Shown here in pieces: positions 41,004 through 50,692 of a stretch of DNA of 64,000 nucleotides (position 1 is its first letter; each line of letters starts with the position of its first letter). Below the pieces are notes generated by a model, which worked only from the letters and a program-made list of their open reading frames with translations, did not search any database and was not told the origin of the DNA. Position numbers and translations under genes: made by a program. Origin of the DNA: Candidatus Omnitrophota bacterium (GTDB taxonomy: Bacteria > Omnitrophota > Gorgyraeia > JAHJTE01); assembly GCA_040753675.1 (NCBI GenBank), contig JBFMEB010000003.1, positions 1,715 to 65,714 on the forward strand, in the 5' to 3' direction.

Positions 41004-41181
41004 AACAGGAAATAGTCTGTATAAGTTAGTGGTTATGGCTTCAAAGCGGGCATTCGAGATTGCAGAGGGCGCTCCCGCGCTTGTTGAAAAAAGCGAAATT
41101 GCAAAGCCTGGGACTATTGCCCTTGAGGAAATAGCTCAAGGGAAAATAAAAATGAAGCAACTCAGAGAAAAGAAGAGCTAA
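40969..41181 (+). CDS. rpoZ: DNA-directed RNA polymerase subunit omega
   Basis: 70 aa, LYKLVVMASKRAFEI, in the conserved gmk-rpoZ arrangement. Confidence 0.6.
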   Translation: MQYIPLEKLIDKTGNSLYKLVVMASKRAFEIAEGAPALVEKSEIAKPGTIALEEIAQGKIKMKQLREKKS

Positions 41182-41182
41182 A

Positions 41183-41728
41183 TTGGCTAAAAAACAAAAA
41201 AAGACCATCATTCTGGGCGTAACAGGTAGCATTGCTATATATAAGGCCTGTGAATTAGTGCGTTTATTAAAAGAAGCCAACACAGAAGTAATAGTGGTGA
41301 TGACAAAAGAAGCTCAGGAACTTATTCGGCCTATTACCTTTGCCCATTTATCGGAAAATCCTGTTTATACGGATTTATTTCCAAAGGAACTAAACTGGGA
41401 TTCTTATCATATTTCATTGGCTAGGGAAGCAGACTTGATTGTTGTTGCACCGGCAACGGCAAATATAATAGCTAAATTAGCGAGCGGCTTATGCGACGAT
41501 TTATTAACTTCAACTATTATTGCCAGCAGAGCAAAGGTTTTGATTGCGCCTGCAATGCATGAGACAATGTATATACATCCTGCGACCCAAGAGAATATAG
41601 AGAAATTAAAAAATATCGGCTATCAATTTATTGGCCCGGCAAAAGGAAAACTTGCTTCAGGTGAGGTTGGCATAGGCAGGTTCGTCGAGCCTGAAGAGAT
41701 TTTAAAAAAGATTAAGCAAATATTGTAA
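41183..41728 (+). CDS. coaC: phosphopantothenoylcysteine decarboxylase (flavoprotein, CoaC)
   Basis: IILGVTGSIAIYKA flavoprotein signature. The CoaB half is absent. Confidence 0.75.
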   Translation: MAKKQKKTIILGVTGSIAIYKACELVRLLKEANTEVIVVMTKEAQELIRPITFAHLSENPVYTDLFPKELNWDSYHISLAREADLIVVAPATANIIAKLASGLCDDLLTSTIIASRAKVLIAPAMHETMYIHPATQENIEKLKNIGYQFIGPAKGKLASGEVGIGRFVEPEEILKKIKQIL

Positions 41729-41735
41729 ATTTTTT

Positions 41736-41807
41736 GGCGACGTAGCCAAGTGGCAAGGCAGCGGTCTGCAAAACCGCTATTCAGCGGTTCAAATCCGCTC
41801 GTCGCCT
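41736..41807 (+). tRNA. tRNA-Cys(GCA)
   Basis: Manual fold: acceptor GGCGACG/CGTCGCC, anticodon loop CUGCAAA. A downstream hairpin (41809..41830) acts as terminator. Confidence 0.8.
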
Positions 41808-41968
41808 TGAATTTTGCTTTAGCAAAATTCACCCCGAGCTCTTATAGAAAATTTTCATATGTTTAGCGAGGGGCTGTAATTAAACTGTTAAATTGTTAAA
41901 CTGCTAAATTGAAAAACAATATGGCAATTTAGCAATATAGCAATCAATTTCGAAGGGCAAGTGGTGGA

Positions 41969-42631
41969 ATGGCAGCTCCAAGAAAAGAGTTAAAAATTAG
42001 CGGCCGAAATCTTTGGTATTTAGTGGGCTTAATTACCAGCGACGGCTGTTTGTCAAAAGACGGAAGGCATATTGATATAACGTCTAAAGACTCTCAGTTA
42101 CTAATCAGCTTGACAAAAGAATTAGGCCTTAGTAACAAAGTTGGGGTTAAAAACAGAGGTGCTAAGAATCAGGCATATCATATCCAAATTGCAAATAAAA
42201 ATTTTTATGATTTTCTTTTATCCATTGGTTTAACGCCGAATAAATCTCTTACTTTAAAGAAAGTTGAGGTTCCAGTAATTTATTTTGTCGATTTTTTACG
42301 TGGTCTGGTTGATGGCGATGGAGGCATACAAAGATGGATTCATCGGCCAAATAGAAGAGAGCAGTGGAATTTAAGGATAGCTTCTGGCTCAAAAAGCTTT
42401 TTGGCTTGGCTCAAGAATGAAATTGAGAAGAATATAAGAGCTAAAGGCAGATTATATTCTGAGGGCAAAAACAACTTTAGGTTAAAATATGGCAAAATGG
42501 CTGCCAGAGAAATCGCCAGGAGATGTTATTACGAGAGCTGTCTTGGTTTACAAAGAAAAACAACACTTGCAAGAGATTGCATAACTTCTTATGAAGGCTG
42601 GACTAAAAGTAAAACAGTTCATTTGAATTAA
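41969..42631 (+). CDS. free-standing double-motif LAGLIDADG homing endonuclease
   Basis: 220 aa with two LAGLIDADG motifs (LVGLITSDGCL and FLRGLVDGDGGI). It sits between tRNA-Cys and tRNA-Leu. Confidence 0.75.
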   Translation: MAAPRKELKISGRNLWYLVGLITSDGCLSKDGRHIDITSKDSQLLISLTKELGLSNKVGVKNRGAKNQAYHIQIANKNFYDFLLSIGLTPNKSLTLKKVEVPVIYFVDFLRGLVDGDGGIQRWIHRPNRREQWNLRIASGSKSFLAWLKNEIEKNIRAKGRLYSEGKNNFRLKYGKMAAREIARRCYYESCLGLQRKTTLARDCITSYEGWTKSKTVHLN

Positions 42632-42639
42632 TAATTATT

Positions 42640-42723
42640 GCCGGGATGTTGGAACTGGTAGACAATGGGGACTTAAAATCCCCCGCTCGTAAGAGCGTGA
42701 GGGTTCAAATCCCTCTCCCGGCA
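42640..42723 (+). tRNA. tRNA-Leu(TAA)
   Basis: 84 nt with a long variable arm and anticodon loop CUUAAAA. Confidence 0.8.
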
Positions 42724-42856
42724 CATTAGTAATATTAAAGATTAAATATCAAAAATAAAATATTAGCGAACGACTCAGGTTCGCAGGCTGTTATCCGTGG
42801 TATTTATTTTGGATTTTGATATTTGACATTGGGATTTGCGAACGTAAGTGAGTTTC

Positions 42857-42931
42857 GGGCTCATAGCGTAGCCTGGTTAGCGCGTCTCCTTGACATGGAG
42901 AAGGTCAGAGGTTCAAATCCTCTTGGGCCCA
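42857..42931 (+). tRNA. tRNA-Val(GAC)
   Basis: Manual fold with anticodon loop UUGACAU. A genomically encoded CCA follows. Confidence 0.8.
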
Positions 42932-42939
42932 CCATAAAA

Positions 42940-43043
42940 TAAAATGCAAAAATCAAAAATCAAAAGTCAAAAATACAAATCAAAATTCAAAATTTTACAT
43001 TTTGCATTGTCATTTTGCATTTTGCATTTTGATATTTGAATTT
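42940..43043. repeat. AT-rich AAAATGACAATG-core palindromic repeat (copy R3)
   Basis: Near-perfect palindrome aaatgcaaaaatcaaaa...ttttgatatttgaattt. Core (RC) at 43011..43022. Confidence 0.6.
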
Positions 43044-43049
43044 ACTGTT

Positions 43050-44768
43050 ATGGATTTAGATACTCTTAGACATTCTTGTTCTCACGTTTTAGCCAAGGCA
43101 GTTAAAGAGCTTTGGTCAGACGTAAAATTAGGCATTGGCCCTTCGATAGAAGACGGCTTTTATTATGATTTTGAAAAAGATCCGCCGTTTTCCGAAGAGG
43201 ATTTAGAAAAAATCGAAAATCGTATGCAGCAGATTATTAAGCGCAACGAAAAGTTTACGCGCTTGGATTTGTCTAAAGATGAGGCAATAAGGATTTTTAA
43301 GAGACTCGGCGAGCATTACAAGTTAACCCTGTTGTCAGAGATTCCAGAAGCCCAGGTTTCGCTTTATAAGACAGGCGATAATTTTGTCGATTTATGCCGC
43401 GGGCCACATGTTGAATCTACTGGCCAGATTAAGGTTTTTAAATTGCTCTCATTAGCCGGTGCTTACTGGCACGGCATAGAGACTAACCCCATGCTTCAGA
43501 GAATTTATGGCACTGCTTTTCCAGATAAGAAGTCCTTAGATGAAGATTTAAAGCGCAGGGAAGAGGCAAAGAAAAGAGACCACAGAAAATTAGGTCCTGA
43601 ACTGGGGTTCTTTGATATTTATTATGAGCAGGCAGGCGCAGGTCTTGTGTTTTATCATCCCAAAGGAGCAATGTTACGCAAAATCATAGAAGATTTTGAG
43701 AAAGAAGAACATTTGCGCCGGGGCTATCAGATGGTGATAACACCACACTTATTAAAGCAGGATCTTTGGATTCAATCCGGACATTTTGAATATTACCGCG
43801 ATAATATGTTTGTGTTAGATATCGACGAGAGAGAGTATGCAGTAAAACCCATGAATTGCCCAGGCCATATTTTAATATACAAATCAAAATTGCGCAGTTA
43901 CCGGGAATTGCCTCTGCGGTTTTTTGAGCTGGGCACAGTGTATCGCTATGAAAAAAGCGGAGTTTTGCATGGTCTTTTGCGCGTGCGAGGGTTTACTCAA
44001 GATGATGCACATATTTTTTGTCGGCAAGAAGAATTAAAAGACGAAATTAAAAATGTTATTGATTTTGTGCTGGATACAATGAAGGTATTTGGCTTTTGCG
44101 ACATGCATATTGAATTAAGCACCCAGCCAGAAAAACACATCGGCCTGCCTGAACAGTGGCAGGCAGCAACAACTGCATTAGAAGATTCATTAAAAGAAAG
44201 AAGATTGCCCTATGTTATCAATATCGGAGAAGGCGCATTTTATGGGCCTAAAATAGATATCAAATTAAAAGATGCCTTAAAACGCACATGGCAGTGCGCA
44301 ACTATTCAATGCGATTTTACTCTGCCTCACAGGTTTGATTTAACCTATGTGGATAAAGATGGCAAGCAAAAACAACCGATTATGCTGCATCGTGTCCTCC
44401 TTGGCAGTTTAGAGAGATTTATCGGCGCCTTAATTGAACATTATGCCGGCGCCTTGCCTTTGTGGCTTTCACCGGTTCAAGTTATAATTTTGCCGTTAAA
44501 AGATTCGGTTAATGCCTATAGCCAGAAACTGCAACAGCGGCTAATCAACGAAGGTTTGCGTTGCGAGATTGATTTAGAAAATCAGACTTTGAATAAAAAA
44601 ATCCGCGAAGCAGAGACACAGCGAATTCCTTACATATTGATTGTCGGGGAAAAAGAGGTCGAAAAAGAAGAGGTTTCTGTAAGGAAACGCTCTGTCGGCG
44701 ATCAAGGCGCTATGAAAGTAAGCGAATTTATAAAAAGGGTTAAGAAAGAGATAGAAGAGAAAAAATAG
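43050..44768 (+). CDS. thrS: threonine--tRNA ligase
   Basis: Class II aaRS motifs, an N2/editing region and a C-terminal anticodon-binding domain. The start is probably MDLDTLRHSCSH at 43050. Confidence 0.9.
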   Translation: MDLDTLRHSCSHVLAKAVKELWSDVKLGIGPSIEDGFYYDFEKDPPFSEEDLEKIENRMQQIIKRNEKFTRLDLSKDEAIRIFKRLGEHYKLTLLSEIPEAQVSLYKTGDNFVDLCRGPHVESTGQIKVFKLLSLAGAYWHGIETNPMLQRIYGTAFPDKKSLDEDLKRREEAKKRDHRKLGPELGFFDIYYEQAGAGLVFYHPKGAMLRKIIEDFEKEEHLRRGYQMVITPHLLKQDLWIQSGHFEYYRDNMFVLDIDEREYAVKPMNCPGHILIYKSKLRSYRELPLRFFELGTVYRYEKSGVLHGLLRVRGFTQDDAHIFCRQEELKDEIKNVIDFVLDTMKVFGFCDMHIELSTQPEKHIGLPEQWQAATTALEDSLKERRLPYVINIGEGAFYGPKIDIKLKDALKRTWQCATIQCDFTLPHRFDLTYVDKDGKQKQPIMLHRVLLGSLERFIGALIEHYAGALPLWLSPVQVIILPLKDSVNAYSQKLQQRLINEGLRCEIDLENQTLNKKIREAETQRIPYILIVGEKEVEKEEVSVRKRSVGDQGAMKVSEFIKRVKKEIEEKK

Positions 44769-44906
44769 CTAATTTATCCTCCTATGCTAAATACTACGTC
44801 GCTTTGCTCCTTTGTGTTTAGCTTCGGAGAGATTAAATTCCGGCTTACAAGTTATCTCGCCCATTGGGCTCCATAACTTGTGCCGTCATTTAAGGAGGTG
44901 GTAGAT

Positions 44907-45461
44907 ATTCGAAAATTTATTCGAATAAACAACAATATTCGCGCAAGTCAGATTCGTCTTATTGGTCCTAACAGCGAACAATTGGGAATCGTGCCTTTGG
45001 CAAAAGGCTTGGAGCTTGCGAGCCAGCACGAACTGGATTTGGTGGAAGTGGCAGCAGAAGCAAGGCCGCCGGTCTGTCGCATAATGGATTTTGCAAAATT
45101 TAAATACGACCAGGAGAAAAAAGAAAGAGAGGCCAAACGCCACCAGAAACAGGCTCAGATTAAAGAGATTCGGGTAAAGCCAAATATCGAGGAGCACGAC
45201 TACCAGATTAAATTACGCCATGCCAGAGAATTTTTAGAAGAAGGCAACAAGGTTAAGATTAATCTCTTTTTCCGCGGTCGGGAAATGACCCACAAAGAGC
45301 TTGGCAAGCGCATACTGGACCAATTTATAACTGATCTGTCTATCAAGGGACAGTTGGAAAAGGCACCTATGCTGGAAGGCAGGACAATGAGCATGGTGTT
45401 TGCGCCAAATAATAAGCCGGCAAAACAGCAGGTTAGCGTTCAGAAGACAGATAATACTTAG
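44907..45461 (+). CDS. infC: translation initiation factor IF-3 (non-canonical ATT start)
   Basis: [29 protein letters not shown] matches the IF3 N-terminus. A strong SD AAGGAGG is placed 8 nt before the in-frame ATT. The track ORF begins upstream at GTG 44880. Confidence 0.75.
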   Translation: MRKFIRINNNIRASQIRLIGPNSEQLGIVPLAKGLELASQHELDLVEVAAEARPPVCRIMDFAKFKYDQEKKEREAKRHQKQAQIKEIRVKPNIEEHDYQIKLRHAREFLEEGNKVKINLFFRGREMTHKELGKRILDQFITDLSIKGQLEKAPMLEGRTMSMVFAPNNKPAKQQVSVQKTDNT

Positions 45462-45508
45462 ATAAATTTTTAAATTGTCATTATATCTTTAATAAAAAGA
45501 GGGCTTCC

Positions 45509-45712
45509 ATGGGTAAATTTAAATTAAAGACTAATAAATCTTTTGCAAAAAGAGTAAGAATTACAAAAAGCGGTAAAATAAAAAGAGGCCGTGCTTGTAA
45601 ACACCATATCTTAACAAAAAAAAGTTCTGACCGCAAAAGGCGCCTAAGAAAACCTGACTTTGTAAGTAGCGTCGATCTTAAGATGGCCAGGCGGCTACTG
45701 CCGTATGGGTGA
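45509..45712 (+). CDS. rpmI: 50S ribosomal protein L35
   Basis: 67 aa basic protein [26 protein letters not shown]. Confidence 0.85.
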   Translation: MGKFKLKTNKSFAKRVRITKSGKIKRGRACKHHILTKKSSDRKRRLRKPDFVSSVDLKMARRLLPYG

Positions 45713-45735
45713 AATAAACTAGCGAGGCTTTTTAA

Positions 45736-45836
45736 TTCAAAAATCAAAGTGCAAAAATCAAAATGACAATGTAAAATTTAAAATTTTTGAATTTTGATAT
45801 GTAATTTTGATATTTAATTTTTGATATTTTATTTTC
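45736..45836. repeat. AT-rich AAAATGACAATG-core palindromic repeat (copy R4)
   Basis: About 95 bp nearly identical to 38030..38132. Core 12-mer at 45760..45771. Confidence 0.7.
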
Positions 45837-45879
45837 TAACGATTTCCTATTTTTTGGTTAGTAAATACAGGAGAAAAAT

Positions 45880-46227
45880 ATGCCAAGATCAACTCGTAGT
45901 CCAGCAACACATAAAAGAAAAAAGAAAATACTTAAATTAGCAAAGGGGTATTGGGGAGACCGCAGCAAACGCTATAGACATGCGCGGATTACAGTCGAAC
46001 GCGGTATGGTTTTTGCCTATCGCGACAGAAAGGTGCGCAAGCGCGATTTTCGTGCTCTATGGATTGCCAGGATTAATGCTGCTTGTCGGCTGAACAATAT
46101 CACCTACAGCCGTTTTATGCACGGGCTTCTAAAAGCGAAAATCGCCTTGGATAGAAAGATGCTTGCTGAGTTAGCTGTAAGCGATCCAAAGGCTTTTGGG
46201 CAATTAGTCCAAATTAGCCAGCAATAG
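45880..46227 (+). CDS. rplT: 50S ribosomal protein L20
   Basis: 115 aa, [15 protein letters not shown]...[21 protein letters not shown]. Confidence 0.9.
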   Translation: MPRSTRSPATHKRKKKILKLAKGYWGDRSKRYRHARITVERGMVFAYRDRKVRKRDFRALWIARINAACRLNNITYSRFMHGLLKAKIALDRKMLAELAVSDPKAFGQLVQISQQ

Positions 46228-46253
46228 TTAAAATTTTAAGGCAAGGATAAAAT

Positions 46254-46898
46254 ATGTATATAATAATTATTGGTTGTGGTAGAGTAGGCTCGGAATTATC
46301 AAAGCTTTTATCGCAAGAGGGCCATAATGTGGTTGTAATTGATAAAAGCGCTGATTCTTTTAACCGATTGGGCAATACCTTTAACGGTATCACTATGGTG
46401 GGCAATGGTTTTAAGTTAGAATTGTTGCGCCAGGCAGGCATTGAAAAGGCAGACGCGTTTTGTGCAGTCACTAACGGCGATAATACAAATCTTATAGCCG
46501 CACAGGTAGCCAAAAAAATATTCAAAGTCCCAAAGGTATTTGCTCGGGTATATGACCCCCAGCGCGCAAATATTTATACAGCATTGGGCTTGGATATAAT
46601 AAGCGGGACAATACTTTTTGCTGCAATGTTACGCGATAAAATTATAGAGAGCCGTTTTTCCAGTTACCTGATTGAAACAAAGGATTTAGGAGTTATTGAG
46701 ATTGAGGTAAAAAATTCTCTTGTGGGAAAAACCATCAAAGAGATAAATATCCCACATGATTTTTTAGTAGTAGCAATAAGAAGATTAGACGGAGTAATTA
46801 TCCCTGAGCAGGATACGGTTTTAAAAGAAAAAGATATTTTGATGGCTGTGGTAAAAGTAATCAGCCTTAAGAAAATAAAAGAGAAGTTTGATTTATAG
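46254..46898 (+). CDS. trkA: Trk/Ktr potassium uptake NAD-binding subunit (TrkA-N plus TrkA-C)
   Basis: Rossmann GxGxxG IIIGCGRVGSELS. Confidence 0.8.
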   Translation: MYIIIIGCGRVGSELSKLLSQEGHNVVVIDKSADSFNRLGNTFNGITMVGNGFKLELLRQAGIEKADAFCAVTNGDNTNLIAAQVAKKIFKVPKVFARVYDPQRANIYTALGLDIISGTILFAAMLRDKIIESRFSSYLIETKDLGVIEIEVKNSLVGKTIKEINIPHDFLVVAIRRLDGVIIPEQDTVLKEKDILMAVVKVISLKKIKEKFDL

Positions 46899-46922
46899 TA
46901 GTTTCGAACGGAGTGAGGGTAT

Positions 46923-47585
46923 ATGTATATCTTAATCGCAGGTGCGGGTAAAGTCGGTTTCTTTTTAGCAAAACGCCTCTGTGCGGCAAGACATACTGTA
47001 AGCATCATGGATAAAGATAAGCAAAGATGCGAAGAGATAGCTAAAGAATTAGGGGCCATGGTGGTTAATGGCGATGCCTGCGACCCTGAAGTTTTAGATG
47101 AGGCAGGAGCCAGGCGTGCTGAGGTTATAGCAGCAGTTACAGGAGAGGACGAAGACAACCTTATTATCTGCCAGTTAGCCAAGGAAAAATTTAATACAAA
47201 GAGAACAATTGCCAGAGTCAATGATCCTGATAATGAACAAATATTTTCTGAATTAGGAGTGGATGTACCGGTTGACTCAACCCGTATTATAGCCAAGATT
47301 GTCGAAGAAGAAGTGTCTTTCTCTGATATTGTAAACTTGATGAGTTTTAAGCGCGGTAAACTTGCTATTGTTAGGGTAGATTTACCAAAAGATTCTCCTG
47401 TAATTAATAAAGAGGTCAAGGATATTATATTGCCCGAGGATTCTGTTTTGGTTTCTATTGTCAGAGGCGAGGAAGTAGTGGTGCCAAAAGGTAATACTGT
47501 GCTTATGCCTGGCGATGACATTATCGCCCTTACGTTGGTTGGCAATGAATCAGAATTATTAAATCTCTTGTTAGGGAAGATATGA
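46923..47585 (+). CDS. trkA: second Trk/Ktr NAD-binding subunit paralogue
   Basis: ILIAGAGKVGFFLAKRL Rossmann motif plus a TrkA-C domain. Confidence 0.8.
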   Translation: MYILIAGAGKVGFFLAKRLCAARHTVSIMDKDKQRCEEIAKELGAMVVNGDACDPEVLDEAGARRAEVIAAVTGEDEDNLIICQLAKEKFNTKRTIARVNDPDNEQIFSELGVDVPVDSTRIIAKIVEEEVSFSDIVNLMSFKRGKLAIVRVDLPKDSPVINKEVKDIILPEDSVLVSIVRGEEVVVPKGNTVLMPGDDIIALTLVGNESELLNLLLGKI

Positions 47586-47682
47586 TAATTAAGCCAACTT
47601 CTAATATAATTTTAGGCATTGCTACGGAAATTTTATATGCATTACTTATAATCCTCACTGGATTCTTAATCTGTCTAATCTA

Positions 47683-49188
47683 ATGATCCTCAGACCCCGG
47701 ACAGAAGACTTAAAAACAATTGGCTATTATTTAGGGAAAATAATAATCGGCTTAGGCCTTATTATGCTTTTGCCATTTGTATTAGCGATATTATTCAACG
47801 AGATAAATCCTGGCTTGGATTTTTTAATAAGTTCTGGGATAAGCCTTTTGATTGGGCTATTACTTAGCAGGCTATGTTTTACCAATAAGGACTTAAACTG
47901 GATGCAAGGAATGATTGTGATTTCTTTTTCTTGGCTGGTAGCAATGTTATTAGGGGCGATACCATTAAATTTAAGCGGTCATTGGAAATCTTATTTAGAT
48001 GCCTGTTTCGAAGCTATGTCAGGATTTGCTACAACAGGCCTTACTCTGGTGCAGGACCTTGATCATCTTTCCTATACGCATAATCTCTGGAGGCATCTGG
48101 GCCCATTTATCGGAGGCCAGGGAATTGCGATTGTTGCGCTCTCATTTTTTGTAAAAGGTACATCCGGAGCATTCAAAATGTATGTTGGAGAAGCCCGTGA
48201 AGAGAGGTTATTGCCAAATGTTATTCATACTTCAAGATTTATTTGGCTAATAAGCATAACCTATTTAATATTAGGCACCCTTGTCTTAGGAATAATTGGA
48301 ATTTTAATCGGCATGAAGCCAGTTAATGCCTTTTTTCACGGCGTCTGCATTTTTATGGCTGGATTTGACACTGCAGGCTTTGCTCCACAGTCTCAAAATG
48401 TCCTTTTTTATCACAGTCTCACTTTTGAAATAGCAACGATTATTATAATAATTCTTGGTTCGCTTAATTTTAATCTGCATTATCAGTTGTGGGTGGGCAG
48501 GCGAAAAGAAATATTTAAAAACATTGAGACCAAGGTATTTTTTACCAGTATAATGCTGGCCTTTTTAATTGTTGTCATCGGGTTGAATCGATTGGGAGTT
48601 TATCCGAAGGCAATAATTTTATTGCGCAAAGGATTCTTCCAACTGATATCCGGTCATACTACAACTGGTTATGCAACTATTTATGCACGTCAGTTTATTA
48701 GCGATTGGGGAAATTTAGCTTTAGTAACCTTAATCGCTGCCATGGGCTTAGGCGGTTGCGCTTGTTCAACTGCCGGCGGTATAAAGATGTTACGCCTCGG
48801 CATTATATTTAAGGCGCTAAAAGAAGACATCAAAAGAATAATACTTCCGGAAAAGGCAATTGTTACTGTAAAATTTCACCACATGAAAGAAGTCCTTTTG
48901 GAAGACAAAGCAGTAAGGGCAACCCTATTAATAACTTTGTCCTATTTAACTCTGTATGGGATAGGAGCGCTTATCGGAACTTTTTTTGGCTATCCGTTTT
49001 TAGATTCTTTATTTGAGTCTACCTCAGCTGCAGCTAACGTTGGTTTTTCTTGCGGTATTACCGATGCTGGGATGCCGGCAGTATTGAAACTTACCTATAT
49101 ATTTCAGATGTGGGCAGGCAGGCTGGAATTTATGTCTATATTTACCTTAATCGGATTTTTGGTAGCAGCGATAAGAGGGAAGAAATGA
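47683..49188 (+). CDS. trkH: TrkH/KtrB family potassium transporter
   Basis: 501 aa polytopic membrane protein with repeated pore-loop GxG motifs (TTGLT, IGGCACSTAGG). Confidence 0.8.
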   Translation: MILRPRTEDLKTIGYYLGKIIIGLGLIMLLPFVLAILFNEINPGLDFLISSGISLLIGLLLSRLCFTNKDLNWMQGMIVISFSWLVAMLLGAIPLNLSGHWKSYLDACFEAMSGFATTGLTLVQDLDHLSYTHNLWRHLGPFIGGQGIAIVALSFFVKGTSGAFKMYVGEAREERLLPNVIHTSRFIWLISITYLILGTLVLGIIGILIGMKPVNAFFHGVCIFMAGFDTAGFAPQSQNVLFYHSLTFEIATIIIIILGSLNFNLHYQLWVGRRKEIFKNIETKVFFTSIMLAFLIVVIGLNRLGVYPKAIILLRKGFFQLISGHTTTGYATIYARQFISDWGNLALVTLIAAMGLGGCACSTAGGIKMLRLGIIFKALKEDIKRIILPEKAIVTVKFHHMKEVLLEDKAVRATLLITLSYLTLYGIGALIGTFFGYPFLDSLFESTSAAANVGFSCGITDAGMPAVLKLTYIFQMWAGRLEFMSIFTLIGFLVAAIRGKK

Positions 49189-49694
49189 TACATAAAGTTT
49201 ACAGTTTACAGTTTACAGTTTACAGGATTTTTCTAATTCTGTTCACTGTTCACTGTTCACTGTTCACTGTTGCTTATGCTCAAGTAATTTCGAGTACAGA
49301 GCTTATTAATAATGCCAAACAATATGACGGCCAAGTTGTTACATATTCCGGCGAAGTTATCGGCGATGTGATGAAGAGAGGAAACTTTGCCTGGTTGAAT
49401 GTTAACGACGGGGCAAATGCCATCGGCATCTGGATAGAAGCCTCTTTAACCAAAGATATTTTATATACAGGTAGTTTTAAATCCAAAGGGGATTTGATAG
49501 AAATAACCGGCATATTCAATCGCGCCTGCCCAGGGCACGGCGGAGATTTAGATATACACGCCAGGGAAATAAAAAAAATACAAGTAGGCAACAAACTATA
49601 TGAAAAACTCGATATTAATAAAAGAAATTTTGCGATTGCGTTGTTTATAATTTTGGGCCTAATATGGATATTAACTCGATTAAAAACCAGATAG
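49185..49694 (+). CDS. YgiW/YdeI-like OB-fold (BOF) secreted protein with C-terminal TM anchor
   Basis: The start MIHKVYSLQ overlaps the trkH stop (ATGA). The signal peptide is encoded by tandem heptamers. The OB-fold pattern is VISSTELINNAKQYDGQVVTYSGEVIGDV...FAWLNVNDGANAIGIWIE. Confidence 0.5.
   Translation: MIHKVYSLQFTVYRIFLILFTVHCSLFTVAYAQVISSTELINNAKQYDGQVVTYSGEVIGDVMKRGNFAWLNVNDGANAIGIWIEASLTKDILYTGSFKSKGDLIEITGIFNRACPGHGGDLDIHAREIKKIQVGNKLYEKLDINKRNFAIALFIILGLIWILTRLKTR
49197..49266 (+). repeat. tandem heptanucleotide repeats (gtttaca)x3 and (ctgttca)x4-5 inside the signal-peptide coding region
   Basis: Direct tandem 7-mers at 49197..49217 and 49232..49266. Confidence 0.8.
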
Positions 49695-50689
49695 ACTTAG
49701 ACTTAGAGAATATCAACTCTTCAAAGGAATTGGAAGAGTTGCGCATAAAATATTTAGGCAGAAAAGGTCTTATAGCAGAGTTATTTGATCAGATGAGAAG
49801 TGCTAAAGAAGAGGAAAGGCCGGCTTTGGGCAAGGCATTAAACAGTTTAAAGATTGAAGTAAGCCAAAAATTAGATGAGAAATCAAAAAACCTTTCGCAA
49901 AGCACCCCATCTCAGGCAGAGTCAATAGATATAACTTGCGACGGAATTTTACCGAAGTTAGGCAAACAACATATATTAAATCAAACTATACAAGAGATCT
50001 GTGGCATATTTAAAACAATCGGCTTTGAGGTTGTAAATGGCCCGGAGATAGAAACAGAATTTAATAATTTTACAGGTTTAAATATTGCCTTGGAACATCC
50101 CTCTCGGGATACATTCGACACATTTTACCTGGGCAAGTCACCAAGCCAACGTGGTCAAAAGTTATTATTACGAAGCCATACTTCGCCTGTGCAAATCCGA
50201 GTAATGAAAAGCCGTAAGCCGCCTTTAGCAGTGGTTGTGCCGGGCAAGGTCTATAGGCCAGACGCAACTGATGCATCGCATTCGTTTATGTTCCATCAGG
50301 TTGAAGGATTTATGGTAGATGAAACAATAAGATTTTCTGATCTTAAAGGCACATTGGAATTATTTGCTAAGAGCGTTTTCGGCGAAGATATAAAAATGCG
50401 TTTTAGGCCGCATTACTTTCCCTTTACAGAGCCATCAGCAGAAGTGGATATTTCCTGCATAATATGTAAAGGCGAGGGTTGCTCTGTTTGCGGCAGAAAA
50501 GGTTGGTTGGAAGTATTGGGTGCGGGCATGATTCATCCCAATGTCTTTAAGAATGTGGGTTATCCAGCTGGACGTTACACTGGTTTTGCCTTTGGTATGG
50601 GTATTGAGCGTATCGCGATGTTAAAATACGGCATTGAAGATATCAGACTATTTTTTGAAAACGATTTGCGTTTTTTAAGTCAGTTTTGA
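49664..50689 (+). CDS. pheS: phenylalanine--tRNA ligase alpha subunit
   Basis: Class II motifs 2 and 3 (FRPHYFPFTEPS, GFAFGMGIERIAM). Confidence 0.9.
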   Translation: MDINSIKNQIDLDLENINSSKELEELRIKYLGRKGLIAELFDQMRSAKEEERPALGKALNSLKIEVSQKLDEKSKNLSQSTPSQAESIDITCDGILPKLGKQHILNQTIQEICGIFKTIGFEVVNGPEIETEFNNFTGLNIALEHPSRDTFDTFYLGKSPSQRGQKLLLRSHTSPVQIRVMKSRKPPLAVVVPGKVYRPDATDASHSFMFHQVEGFMVDETIRFSDLKGTLELFAKSVFGEDIKMRFRPHYFPFTEPSAEVDISCIICKGEGCSVCGRKGWLEVLGAGMIHPNVFKNVGYPAGRYTGFAFGMGIERIAMLKYGIEDIRLFFENDLRFLSQF

Positions 50690-50692
50690 AAT

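Noticed and set aside
42932-43050. T-box leader upstream of thrS
   Set aside because: The region is an AT-rich palindromic repeat with no T-box (AATTAGGGTGGNACCGCG-like) sequence or specifier-loop architecture.
38030-45836. Possible CRISPR array formed by the AT-rich repeats
   Set aside because: The copies are separated by tens of kilobases containing housekeeping genes, are imperfect, and have no regular repeat-spacer periodicity. No cas genes are present.
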